A DNA stretch of 64,000 bases from Roseibium sp. (GTDB taxonomy: Bacteria > Pseudomonadota > Alphaproteobacteria > Rhizobiales > Stappiaceae). The stretch spans positions 3,233,436-3,297,435 of the forward strand of contig NZ_OZ246971.1 in the NCBI RefSeq assembly GCF_965232425.1, read 5' to 3'. The translations under genes were made by a program, and so were the position numbers. Positions 37,991 to 46,935 of the stretch are shown piece by piece (the stretch's first letter is position 1; the number at the start of each line of letters is the position of its first letter). Under the pieces are notes generated by a model, which made no database searches, had not been told where the DNA came from, and saw only the letters and a program-made list of their open reading frames with translations.

Positions 37991-39415
37991 ATGAGTTCAA
38001 ACGGCGCTGTTGCGGAAATCGGCCTGATCGGCCTGGGCACGATGGGCGGCAACCTTGCTCTCAACATTGCCGAGAACGGATTCCAGATCGCGGTCTATAA
38101 CAGGACCACGGAGAAGACCGACCAGTTCATGGAGAAGGCCGGGGACCTGGCCGGAAAACTCGTCCCCACGAAAACACTCGAGGAGTTTGTCGCCTCGATC
38201 AAGCCGCCGCGCGCCGTGATCCTGATGGTGCCGGCCGGTGAGGCCGTGGATGCACAGATCGAGGCGCTGCGCCCGTTGCTCGATGCCCAGGACCTCATCA
38301 TCGATGCGGGCAACGCGAATTACCACGATACAAACCGGCGCGCTGCCGCCTCCATGGAACACGGACCCCGCTTCATGGGGATCGGCGTTTCCGGCGGAGA
38401 AGAAGGGGCGCGCTACGGGCCGTCCATCATGGGCGGCGGTGCAAGCGATGCCTGGGACCAGGTCGGACACATTCTGGAAGCCATCTCCGCAAAGCACGAG
38501 GGAGAGCCCTGCGCGGCTCATCTCGGCGAAGCCGGTGCGGGTCATCTGGTCAAGACGGTTCACAACGGCATCGAATATGCCGACATGCAGATGATTGCCG
38601 AGGTCTACGGTGTCATGCGCGACGGGTTCGGCATGCCGGCTGCGGACATCGGCGCCGTTTTCGACACGTGGAACCAGGGCATCCTGCAATCCTACCTGAT
38701 CGAGATCTCGGGAAAGGTGGCGACCACAGCGGATCCGGATACGGGCCGGCCGATGCTCGACATCATTCTCGACCGTGCCGGGCAGAAGGGCACGGGCCGC
38801 TGGACGGCCATCGAAGCCCTGATGCTGGGCACGCCCGCCAGCACCATCGAGGCGGCGGTTGCCGTGCGCAACATGTCGTCACGGCTTGACGAACGGACGG
38901 CAGGAGAGGCGGAGTTCGGTGCCGCGCCGACGGCTCTCGGCCGGGAACTGATCGCCATCGACGCGCTGGAGGCCGCACTCGTGGCCGGCAAGATCGTCTG
39001 CTACGCGCAAGGCTTCGGACTTATTCTGGAGGCGGCGCGCCAATATGGCTGGGCCATGCCCCTGCCGAAGATCGCGAAGATCTGGCGCAACGGCTGCATC
39101 ATCCGCTCCGCCATGCTCAACGACATGTCGGCTGCGCTTGCCGAGGATGCGGAACGCAACCTGATGCTGGCGCCTTTCTTCTCGGCCAAGCTGAAGGAAA
39201 CCGAAGCCCAGCTGCGGCAGGTGGTGGCGAAGGCGGCCCTGCACGGACTGCCGGTCCCGGCTCTGTCCGCAGCGCTGTCCTATTTCGACATCATGCGCAC
39301 GGCGCGCTCGACGGCGAACATGCTGCAGGGCCAGCGGGACTTTTTCGGCGCGCACGGTTTCGAGCGCACGGACAAGGACGGAAGCGGCTATCACGGCCCC
39401 TGGGCGATGGGCTGA
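37991..39415 (+). CDS. gnd: 6-phosphogluconate dehydrogenase, decarboxylating
   Basis: IGLIGLGTMGGNLALNIAENGF NADP fold, plus GIGVSGGEEGARYGPSIMGGG, HNGIEYADMQ and RDFFGAHGFER. ATG at 37991 (a TTG at 37988 is in frame). Confidence 0.92.
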   Translation: MSSNGAVAEIGLIGLGTMGGNLALNIAENGFQIAVYNRTTEKTDQFMEKAGDLAGKLVPTKTLEEFVASIKPPRAVILMVPAGEAVDAQIEALRPLLDAQDLIIDAGNANYHDTNRRAAASMEHGPRFMGIGVSGGEEGARYGPSIMGGGASDAWDQVGHILEAISAKHEGEPCAAHLGEAGAGHLVKTVHNGIEYADMQMIAEVYGVMRDGFGMPAADIGAVFDTWNQGILQSYLIEISGKVATTADPDTGRPMLDIILDRAGQKGTGRWTAIEALMLGTPASTIEAAVAVRNMSSRLDERTAGEAEFGAAPTALGRELIAIDALEAALVAGKIVCYAQGFGLILEAARQYGWAMPLPKIAKIWRNGCIIRSAMLNDMSAALAEDAERNLMLAPFFSAKLKETEAQLRQVVAKAALHGLPVPALSAALSYFDIMRTARSTANMLQGQRDFFGAHGFERTDKDGSGYHGPWAMG

Positions 39416-39432
39416 TCGGCCAGCAAAAAAAA

Positions 39433-39455
39433 GCCTCCGCGATCGTTGCGGAGGC
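39433..39455. terminator. Bidirectional rho-independent terminator
   Basis: GCCTCCGC-gatcgtt-GCGGAGGC, flanked by A8 upstream (T8 on the minus strand) and TCTTT downstream, 17 nt after the gnd stop. Confidence 0.7.
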
Positions 39456-39503
39456 TCTTTCGTGATCTCATTCAGACCAAATCATCCAGACGACAGCCAA
39501 CAC

Positions 39504-39611
39504 CCTCATCCTGAGGAAACGCTTGAGCGCTGTCTCGAAGGATGGGCCGCCGTCCGCAGTCTATGCCGCCCATCCTTCGAGACGGCCCTGTCGGCTCTCC
39601 TCAGGATGAGG
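39504..39611. repeat. Nested long palindrome (REP/RIME-like intergenic element)
   Basis: The outer arms are CCTCATCCTGAGGA (39504-39517) and TCCTCAGGATGAGG (39598-39611). The inner arms are GTCTCGAAGGATGGGC (39532-39547) and GCCCATCCTTCGAGAC (39568-39583). Both pairs are perfect. Confidence 0.7.
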
Positions 39612-39714
39612 CTGGAGAGCTGGTGTCGCCGGCCGTCTGCCTCATCCGCAGAGCCTCGGTCAAATGACCCTAATTGGCCTGAAAATGCTCCAGCTGACAC
39701 CGTGAGCTTTAAAG

Positions 39715-40137
39715 TCAGCTGCCTGCCTGCAGGCCGGTATCCAGCAATGCCTTGATCTGCTGTTCGCTGGTCCCGGCTACGATGCGGCCCAGCTCCTGGT
39801 CGCCTTTTAAGACGAGCAGGGTGGACCGGCGCGGGATCTTTCGCGACGTGGTGACTTCGTGACCACCATAGGCATCCCAGTCGACACGGACGAAAACCAT
39901 CGTCTGGTCGTAAGCCGGGTTGGCCTGGCGCAGGGCGGAGATCACCCGCTCCTGGCGCGCGCAGGTGCTGCACCAGGAGGCGGCATAGTCGACGAAGACC
40001 GTCTTTCCGGCAGCAAGATGCTTCTGGATGAGCCCCGGCGAATAGTCGACCATTCCGTTTGCAAACGCGGTTGCGGGCAGCAGGGCTGCCGTGAGGGCGG
40101 CGCCAGCAGTTGTCATAAGAAAGCGACGGCGGTTCAT
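39715..40137 (-). CDS. Exported thioredoxin-fold protein (CxxC = WCSTC) with a Tat-type leader
   Basis: 140 aa. Leader MNRRRFLMTTAGAALTAALLPATAFA; active site VDYAASWCSTCARQ. Confidence 0.75.
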   Translation of the reverse strand: MNRRRFLMTTAGAALTAALLPATAFANGMVDYSPGLIQKHLAAGKTVFVDYAASWCSTCARQERVISALRQANPAYDQTMVFVRVDWDAYGGHEVTTSRKIPRRSTLLVLKGDQELGRIVAGTSEQQIKALLDTGLQAGS

Positions 40138-40164
40138 GTTCGTTCCTTTCCCTTCACTTCAAGA

Positions 40165-40881
40165 TCAAAACCGGACCGAAAGATCCTGCAGCCAGATCGG
40201 CATCACGCTCAGGGCCCACGCGTCGAACATCTTGTGGACGTTGAGCAGCAGCAGTACGCCGACTGCGATGAATACGACCCCCATCAGGGGTTTGGATTTT
40301 TCCGCCAGGCCGCACAATCTGTCGGCCCTGCGGCGGATGGTTTCTCCCGCACCGAGCCCGAGACCGACGATGAAGGTCGAAACGCCGAGTGCGAAGAAGG
40401 ACATGATGGCGGCGGCCCAGGTGAGGCTCTGGCCCTGGGAGGCAAGGGCGATCGCGCCGCCGAGAGTCGGACCGATACAGGGCGACCAGACCGCACCGAG
40501 CAGGGCTCCACCGAGAAACTGGCCGCGCAGGCCACTGGTGTCGGTGCTGTGCAGCTTTTGTCCGGCCGAGCCGGAAAAGCCGGCCGTGGCAAGTTCGAAG
40601 CGCTGGCTGAAAGCGGGCACCAGCAGCACGAGGCCGAACACGATCATCAGCGTTGCCCCGACCCTTGCCATGACATCCTCGGTCAGGCCGATGGCGTAAC
40701 CGACCGTGGACACCAGCATTCCGACGGTCACGAAGGAAACGCTCATTCCCGCCGCAAGCGCGATAGGTGCACGCTTGTCCGCATTGAGCGCTGACGCAAG
40801 CACGATCGGCAGAACCGGCAGGACGCAGGGATTTATCAGGGTCAGAAGACCGGCAAGATACGCAAGCGGCAGTTCAAGCAT
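40165..40881 (-). CDS. ccdA: CcdA/DsbD-family transmembrane thiol:disulfide electron transporter
   Basis: MLELPLAYLAGLLTLINPCVLPVLPIVL and a second Cys in AVWSPCIGPTLG, with six TM segments. ATG at 40881. Confidence 0.8.
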   Translation of the reverse strand: MLELPLAYLAGLLTLINPCVLPVLPIVLASALNADKRAPIALAAGMSVSFVTVGMLVSTVGYAIGLTEDVMARVGATLMIVFGLVLLVPAFSQRFELATAGFSGSAGQKLHSTDTSGLRGQFLGGALLGAVWSPCIGPTLGGAIALASQGQSLTWAAAIMSFFALGVSTFIVGLGLGAGETIRRRADRLCGLAEKSKPLMGVVFIAVGVLLLLNVHKMFDAWALSVMPIWLQDLSVRF

Positions 40882-41034
40882 ATTTGTCAGCACACCTTTG
40901 CAAGAGCCCGTTCCGGTCGCGGAACGCCGGAACACACCTCGATTCAGACCTGTACTTAGGCAAAGGCCGGCGACCTGTCCGCTAACGCCTCTTCACAAAT
41001 TTGTGGGGTCGGGCCTGCAGGCCGGTTACCGGCC

Positions 41035-41853
41035 TCATTGTGCCAGTCCGAGTGCGGCCATGTTCTTGATCGAAACGGGCACGTCGGCGTGATCGCGGAC
41101 CTCGATAATGAGGCGCGGGTCGCTTTCCAGTTTCGACAGGGCCGCAAAGACCGCGTGCCAGTTGATGGTTCCCTCGCCAAGCGCCCAATGGCGGTCGGCA
41201 TAGCCATCGGCATCTTGAAAATGCACGTGGCGCAGATCGTTTCCGGCCGCCTTCACGTAGTAGTCGACAGGCGGTGCGCCCCTGGAACCGTGGGCATAGT
41301 GGGCATGGCCCGTGTCGATGGAGACTTTCACCATCGGGGATCCGAAACTGTCGGCGAGTATCTTCCTGAGATGCGGATCGATGTCCTCGATGTTCTCTAT
41401 GACGAGTTCGCAGCCGATATCCTCGGCCCGCTTGACGGCGTCCATCATGGTCAGGTGGCAGAGTTCGATCTTGCGCGCGCGAGCGCCTTCGAAATTATCG
41501 AGATTGTTGTGGTCCCACGTGGAATAGGGGCTGTGCACGACCATGTGCGTCGCGCCGAGCGCTTCGCAGACTTCGAGACCCTGCAGGAGGCGCTTTCTGA
41601 CCACTTCGCGCACGTCCACATCGACGGCATCGATTGTGAAGCCCCAGAAGGGCCCATGGATGCCGAGGCGGCCTTCGTGCCCGTCGAGCAATGCCGTGGC
41701 GCGCTCCACAAGGGGCATCCAGTCTCCGTTGAGAACCTCGCCGGGCCAGAAATCCTGAAGCTCAAGGTCCCGGGGCATGTCGAGCATGAGCTTGCGATGG
41801 GTTTCCAGGCTGTTGACGTTGAGCGCTGCGCCCAGGATCGGAAGGGTCGGCAT
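41035..41853 (-). CDS. Sugar phosphate isomerase/epimerase (xylose-isomerase-like TIM barrel)
   Basis: 272 aa with metal-ligand-type blocks LGIHGPFW, HMVVHSPY, IENIED and SIDTGHAH. Confidence 0.7.
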   Translation of the reverse strand: MPTLPILGAALNVNSLETHRKLMLDMPRDLELQDFWPGEVLNGDWMPLVERATALLDGHEGRLGIHGPFWGFTIDAVDVDVREVVRKRLLQGLEVCEALGATHMVVHSPYSTWDHNNLDNFEGARARKIELCHLTMMDAVKRAEDIGCELVIENIEDIDPHLRKILADSFGSPMVKVSIDTGHAHYAHGSRGAPPVDYYVKAAGNDLRHVHFQDADGYADRHWALGEGTINWHAVFAALSKLESDPRLIIEVRDHADVPVSIKNMAALGLAQ

Positions 41854-41935
41854 GATATACCTTCAAAGAAAGTGAATCTGTGTGCCTGATACGGTGCAAT
41901 CCTTGACAGTATTGCGACGCCCGGGCAAGGGAAGG

Positions 41936-42883
41936 TCAGTATCCACGTTTTCGGTCGACGTGATCGGGAACTGCGCCCGTTTCCAGGAACGTCTTGAGAT
42001 TGTTTGCCACAAGCCTTGAGGCCGTGCTGATGATTGTCGGGGCGGAGATATGCGGAAGCACGGTGATTTTTTCATGCCGCCAGAGCGGGCTTTCGGATGG
42101 CAGCGGCTCTTCATCGAAGACATCGAGAACCGCATGAGACAGGTGCCCCGTGTCGAGACCGTCGACCAGTGCACCGGTCTCGATCACCGGGCCGCGCGCG
42201 AAATTGATGATCGCGGCGCCGTGCTTGCATGAACTGAATTCGTCCGTGCCGAGCAGTCCCCGCGTCTGATCCGTCAGGGGGACCAGAATGACGACGATGT
42301 CGGCCTCGCCAAGGATTTGTTTCAAACCGTCCGGCCCGTGAAAACAGCGGACCCCGTCAATGGTTTTCTCCGACCGGCTCCAACCGGCGACCGTGAACCC
42401 GTTGGCCCGCAGGCGCTGCGCGGAAGCCGTGCCGAGATTGCCCAGTCCGAGCACTCCGACCGTCCGTTCCGCCGGGGTTTTCAGAAAATGCTCCTGCCAC
42501 ACGCCCCGGCGCTGCTGCGCCATGTAGCGGGGCATGTCGCGATGCAGGTAGAGCGTCCAGGCCAGAACCGCCTCGGACATGGTTTCAGCCATTTGCGGGT
42601 CGGCAAGCCTGACAATCAGCGGACCCTCTTCCGGCAATTCGGACATCAGCCGTTCAACGCCGGCCCACAGGCTCTGCACCCAAACCAGGTTTGGCAGGGC
42701 CGCGACATGGGCCGGGTCCGGATTTGCGACGATGGCAACTCTGGCGGCAAGACGCTCCTCTTCGCTGAGCGCGTCGAACGGTTTGAGTTCGGCCAGGTTG
42801 CTGAGCGATCTGGACAGTTCCTGCTGCCAGACCTCCCGCTCGTGCGAATGGGCTTCGGGAATGAAGGGAACAACTGGCTTCAT
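41936..42883 (-). CDS. ghrA: D-2-hydroxyacid dehydrogenase, glyoxylate/hydroxypyruvate reductase A-like
   Basis: 315 aa from the ATG at 42883. NAD fold VGVLGLGNLGTASAQRL. The C-terminus HISAPT...VDRKRGY resembles E. coli GhrA (…VDRARGY). The ORF-track start at 43120 adds an Arg/Cys-rich extension. Confidence 0.7.
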   Translation of the reverse strand: MKPVVPFIPEAHSHEREVWQQELSRSLSNLAELKPFDALSEEERLAARVAIVANPDPAHVAALPNLVWVQSLWAGVERLMSELPEEGPLIVRLADPQMAETMSEAVLAWTLYLHRDMPRYMAQQRRGVWQEHFLKTPAERTVGVLGLGNLGTASAQRLRANGFTVAGWSRSEKTIDGVRCFHGPDGLKQILGEADIVVILVPLTDQTRGLLGTDEFSSCKHGAAIINFARGPVIETGALVDGLDTGHLSHAVLDVFDEEPLPSESPLWRHEKITVLPHISAPTIISTASRLVANNLKTFLETGAVPDHVDRKRGY

Positions 42884-43443
42884 CAATGGCAGCTCCGGAA
42901 AACGCATCGCTTCGCAAACGCGATCCGTGCGCATGAAAGGGAAAGTCCTGACCCTAGTGCAGGAGCGGCGCCCGGCACAAGAGAAAGGCAGCGTGGCAGA
43001 AGCCGGTCCGGACGCGGTACGCCAGCCGGAACGCACCCCGGCGCAAGACGGCTCATATCGGCAAACAGGAAGTTGCCGGCGACCCGTGAGCGGAAGCGTG
43101 CACAAGCACGGGGTATGCATAAACCGTTAAGACACCTGCCGCCGCACTCGTTCGAAACCACAGTCCGGAAACGCGTTCGCGCTGAAATAAGTTAGTAATT
43201 TTTACGATATCTTTTGCTGATTTGTATGTTTTTCTTCAGTAAAGTCAACATGTTGAGAGGTTTTGTAGGTTGATCGTGCCGCAACTTTTCCGGTTTCGAT
43301 CCACTTTGAGTAAAATTTTATCGGTATTATTATCAATGCTGAATGGGTTTGTTTGCAAGAACATCAAAGTCCGGCAAGGCCATTTCCGCCGAGTGGTCCG
43401 GGCACGCCGTCATTTTCGAAATCGTGTTCTGAAAGCCTCCGCA

Positions 43444-44115
43444 ATGTTAGCGAAAGTCAAGTCAACGCGCGTCGACAGTGCCTATGACCGTCTGAAAGAC
43501 GAGATCCTGCAAGGTGTGCTGCCGCCCGGATATCAAGCCCCGGAACCTGACATTGCCAGTCGCCTCGGCATGAGCCGGACACCCGTCAGGGAGGCCCTGA
43601 TCCGGCTTGAGGCGGAAGGGCTGATCGATCTGATCCCGCGCCGCGGCGCACGCGTTGTTGCGATCTCGCAGAAGGACTTTCGCGAGATTTTCGAGATACT
43701 TGCCGTGTTAGAAGGCCTGGCGGCACATGCCGCCGCCAAGTTCGATGTTGCAAGCGATCCGCTCTCAGGTCTTCGCCAGGTTCTGGAGGAAGGTGAGACG
43801 GCGCTTCGGGCAAAAGACATTTCGGCCTGGGCGCAACTCGATGACACGTTTCACCGCCTTGTTGCGGGGATGTCGGGCAACGACAGACTGCATTCGGAGA
43901 TCTGCAGTCTTCTGGACCAGGTTTTCAGGGCGAACTCCGTGCTGCTCCGGCTGAACAATGCCCCTGCAGCGCGCGATGCGACGCATCGCAAGATTGTGGA
44001 CGCGATTGCTGCCGGCGAGGCGGAGCAAGCCGCTGAGCTTGCCAGTGCGCACCGCCTCAGCGGTCTGAAAACGATGGACGATCTGCTTCGAAACAGCGGC
44101 CTTTCCTATGTGTGA
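43444..44115 (+). CDS. GntR-family regulator (FadR/FCD subfamily)
   Basis: VDSAYDRLKDEILQGVLPPGYQAPEPDIASRLGMSRTPVREALIRLEAEGLI HTH followed by a helical FCD domain. ATG at 43444. Confidence 0.85.
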   Translation: MLAKVKSTRVDSAYDRLKDEILQGVLPPGYQAPEPDIASRLGMSRTPVREALIRLEAEGLIDLIPRRGARVVAISQKDFREIFEILAVLEGLAAHAAAKFDVASDPLSGLRQVLEEGETALRAKDISAWAQLDDTFHRLVAGMSGNDRLHSEICSLLDQVFRANSVLLRLNNAPAARDATHRKIVDAIAAGEAEQAAELASAHRLSGLKTMDDLLRNSGLSYV

Positions 44116-44141
44116 CCGGTGACGGTCCGTCCAGCTGTTGT

Positions 44142-45179
44142 TCAGCGATCGGGTGCGGGTCCGGTCGACTGGCCGACGATCAATTCCGCATCGAGATGCA
44201 AGGATGACGGTTCGCGCTCCGGGTCGGCGATGTGGTCGAGCAGCAGTTCGGCGGCGCGCTGGCCGGCATAGCGCACGGACGAACGCGTACAGGTGAAAAT
44301 CGGAACTTCGCCGCTGTTCGGCAGGAACGAGAGAGCGTCGTCATGGGTTATGATGGAGACGTCTTTCCCGGTTTCCAGCCCGCACTGGCCGATGGCGCGC
44401 GCGACGCCGATGGCCGAAATCATCGAGGACACCAGAAAGGCGGTCGGCGGGTTGCCGGACCTGAGCATCTCCATGGCATTGTCACAGCCGTACGGCTCCG
44501 TCATGTCGGAACTGCGCATGATCTCAGTGTCCGGGGTCAGGCCTCTCGCCTTGAGGGCGTCTTCAAAGCCCACGCGGCGCCGGCGGGCAAAGTCCATGTG
44601 CTCGAGGCCGTTCAACAGGGCGATCCGCTTGTGACCGAGATCGAGAAGCAGGTTCGTCGCCCGCTCGAAGGCGCGCCGGTTGTTCATGTCGACCCAGGAC
44701 GTTTCCTTTTCGGCTCCGGGGATGCGGCCGTGAACGACGAAGGGAAGGTTGATCTGGCGCAGCAGCCTGTGCCGGCTCTCGTCAGCCGCGGGGCCATGAA
44801 TGATCACGCCGTCGGCTTTCTTGCGGGAGGCGATCTGGCGGTAGGCATCTTCCTCGTGATCGTCCTCGACCACCGAAATGATCATGTCGTAGCCGTGCTT
44901 GGAATAGGTTTCGCCGGCACCGGCAATGAATTCCAGGAAGATCGGGTTCATCATCTCGTGGATCGATCGCGGGATGACATGGCCGATCGCCATCGATCGT
45001 CCTGTGGCAAGGCGCCGGGCCTGGCTGTTGGGGGCGTATCCGAGCTTCTCCGCCATTTCGGCAACCCTGCGCCGCGTTTCGGCACTGACTTCCGGATATC
45101 CGTTCAATGCACGGCTGACGGTCGTCTGCGAAAGTTGCAGTCGATTCGACAGTTCCTTCAGATTCACACCCTTGCTCAT
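44142..45179 (-). CDS. LacI-family transcriptional regulator
   Basis: MSKGVNLKELSNRLQLSQTTVSRALNGYPEVSAETRRRVAEMAEKLGYAPN HTH followed by a PBP-type sugar-binding domain. Confidence 0.88.
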   Translation of the reverse strand: MSKGVNLKELSNRLQLSQTTVSRALNGYPEVSAETRRRVAEMAEKLGYAPNSQARRLATGRSMAIGHVIPRSIHEMMNPIFLEFIAGAGETYSKHGYDMIISVVEDDHEEDAYRQIASRKKADGVIIHGPAADESRHRLLRQINLPFVVHGRIPGAEKETSWVDMNNRRAFERATNLLLDLGHKRIALLNGLEHMDFARRRRVGFEDALKARGLTPDTEIMRSSDMTEPYGCDNAMEMLRSGNPPTAFLVSSMISAIGVARAIGQCGLETGKDVSIITHDDALSFLPNSGEVPIFTCTRSSVRYAGQRAAELLLDHIADPEREPSSLHLDAELIVGQSTGPAPDR

Positions 45180-45293
45180 GTATGCCCAAAACGCTTTGAA
45201 AGCGCCCTCCCTTCAGGCTGTTATTGAAATGCAACATTAATTCGTGAGTTGTTCGCTTGACAAGTCCGAAGCGTAGCGACATGTTTAGGGCAA

Positions 45294-45311
45294 ATCCAAA
45301 GCGGTTTGGAT
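45294..45311. promoter_or_regulatory. 18-bp near-perfect palindrome, candidate LacI-family operator upstream of the sugar ABC operon
   Basis: ATCCAAA-GCGG-TTTGGAT lies 117 bp upstream of the binding-protein ATG. A second palindrome, CGCTTT-G-AAAGCG, is at 45192-45204, next to the lacI-family gene start. Confidence 0.4.
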
Positions 45312-45427
45312 GCCGGGTTCCGGTTGGTTTGCTGCATGAGGGAGGAGCCTCGGTATTGCTGCCGGCTGGTAAGGTGTGCCACTTTAAAGGGAATGTCCCG
45401 CCAAGGGGACAATCTGGGAGGACTGAC

Positions 45428-46792
45428 ATGAAATCACGTTTGATGGCCTGTGCGGCCGGTTTGGCACTGAGCGTTTCGCTGGGACTTGGAAGCGCTTCTG
45501 CAGAGTTGCAATTCCCTCCGGGCGAGGGTCCCTTCACCTGGGACAGCTACACTGCGTGGGCGGAAAGTGCGCCCGATCTCTCGGGACAGACCGTGACGAT
45601 CGCTGGTCCGTGGCTGCAGCCGGAAGACGGCTACTTCCGCAATGTGCTCGCCTATTTCACGGAGGCAACCGGTGCTGAAGTCATCTACACCGGTTCCGAT
45701 TCCTTCGAACAGCAGATCGTGATCGACGCGGAAGCGGGCGCGGCGCCGAACATCGCCGTCTTCCCGCAACCGGGCCTTGCGTCGGACATGGCATCGCGCG
45801 GTCTCCTGCAGCCGCTTCCCGAGGGCATGGCAAGCTGGGTCGGTGACAATTACGGCGCGGGCGAAAGCTGGGTCAATCTCGGCACCTACAAGGACGGTGA
45901 CGGCAACGACCAGCTTTTCGGCTTCTTCTACAACGTCAACGTCAAGAGCCTCGTCTGGTACGTGCCGGAGAATTTCGAGGATGCCGGCTACGAAGTGCCG
46001 GAGTCCATGGAAGACCTCAAGGCGCTGACCGAGCAGATCGTCGCCGACGGCGAAACACCGTGGTGCATCGGCCTTGGGTCGGGCGCTGCGACCGGATGGC
46101 CGGCGACGGACTGGGTGGAAGACATGATGCTGCGCACCCAGCCGGCAGACGTTTACGACCAGTGGGTCGCGAACGAAATTCCGTTCAATGACGAACGCGT
46201 TGTCGCGGCCATCGAGGAATTCGGCTGGTTCGCCCGTGACGACGACAAGGTTGCCGGCGGTGCCGATGCAGTCGCCTCGACCGACTTCCGCGACAGCCCG
46301 AAGGGCCTGTTCTCCTCGCCGCCGCAGTGCTACCTGCACCGCCAGGCTTCGTTCGTTCCGGCCTTCTTCCCGGACGGGGTCGAGTTCGGCGCGGATGTCG
46401 ACTTCTTCTATTTCCCTGCCTATGCGGAAAAAGATCTCGGCAACCCGGTACTGGGTGGCGGAACGCTGATGGCCATCACCACGCCGTCTGACGCGACCAC
46501 GGAGCTGATGAAGTTCTTCCAGCTGCCGCTGTCTCATGAAATCATGATGGCCCAGACCGGCTTCCTGACGCCGCACAAGGGCGTCAATCTCGACGCCTAT
46601 CTGAACGACACGCTGCGGGGCCAGGGTGAGATCCTGATCAATGCGACGACCTTCCGCTTCGACGGATCCGACCTGATGCCGGGTGGTGTCGGTGCCGGCA
46701 CGTTCTGGACAGGTATGGTCGACTACACCGGCGGCAAGGACGCTGCCGCGGTCACCAAAGAGATCCAGGAAAGCTGGGACGCTCTGAAGTAA
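45428..46792 (+). CDS. CUT1-family sugar ABC substrate-binding protein (alpha-glucoside AglE-like)
   Basis: 454 aa with signal peptide MKSRLMACAAGLALSVSLGLGSASA. ATG at 45428. First gene of an SBP-permease-permease-ATPase operon divergent from the LacI regulator. Confidence 0.7.
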   Translation: MKSRLMACAAGLALSVSLGLGSASAELQFPPGEGPFTWDSYTAWAESAPDLSGQTVTIAGPWLQPEDGYFRNVLAYFTEATGAEVIYTGSDSFEQQIVIDAEAGAAPNIAVFPQPGLASDMASRGLLQPLPEGMASWVGDNYGAGESWVNLGTYKDGDGNDQLFGFFYNVNVKSLVWYVPENFEDAGYEVPESMEDLKALTEQIVADGETPWCIGLGSGAATGWPATDWVEDMMLRTQPADVYDQWVANEIPFNDERVVAAIEEFGWFARDDDKVAGGADAVASTDFRDSPKGLFSSPPQCYLHRQASFVPAFFPDGVEFGADVDFFYFPAYAEKDLGNPVLGGGTLMAITTPSDATTELMKFFQLPLSHEIMMAQTGFLTPHKGVNLDAYLNDTLRGQGEILINATTFRFDGSDLMPGGVGAGTFWTGMVDYTGGKDAAAVTKEIQESWDALK

Positions 46793-46799
46793 CACTTCA

Positions 46800-46830
46800 C
46801 CGGCCGTCTGTCCGCGTGGCAGACGGCCGG
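46800..46830 (+). other. Intercistronic GC hairpin after the binding-protein gene
   Basis: CCGGCCGTCTG-tccgcgtgg-CAGACGGCCGG, a perfect 11-bp stem beginning 8 nt after the stop codon. Confidence 0.6.
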
Positions 46831-46935
46831 TCGTTTCGGGCCAGGGGGCGCCAGCTTCGCGCATCAGCCTGAGCACGCAAGTGTTGTCCGGCTCGACCGG
46901 AAAACCTCCATAATAACATATGGGATGGAACGGCC

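Noticed and set aside
41936-43120. Longer 394-aa form of the GhrA-like ORF
   Set aside because: The 79-residue extension is Cys/Arg-rich and unlike any dehydrogenase N-terminus. The ATG at 42883 gives the canonical length of about 315 aa.
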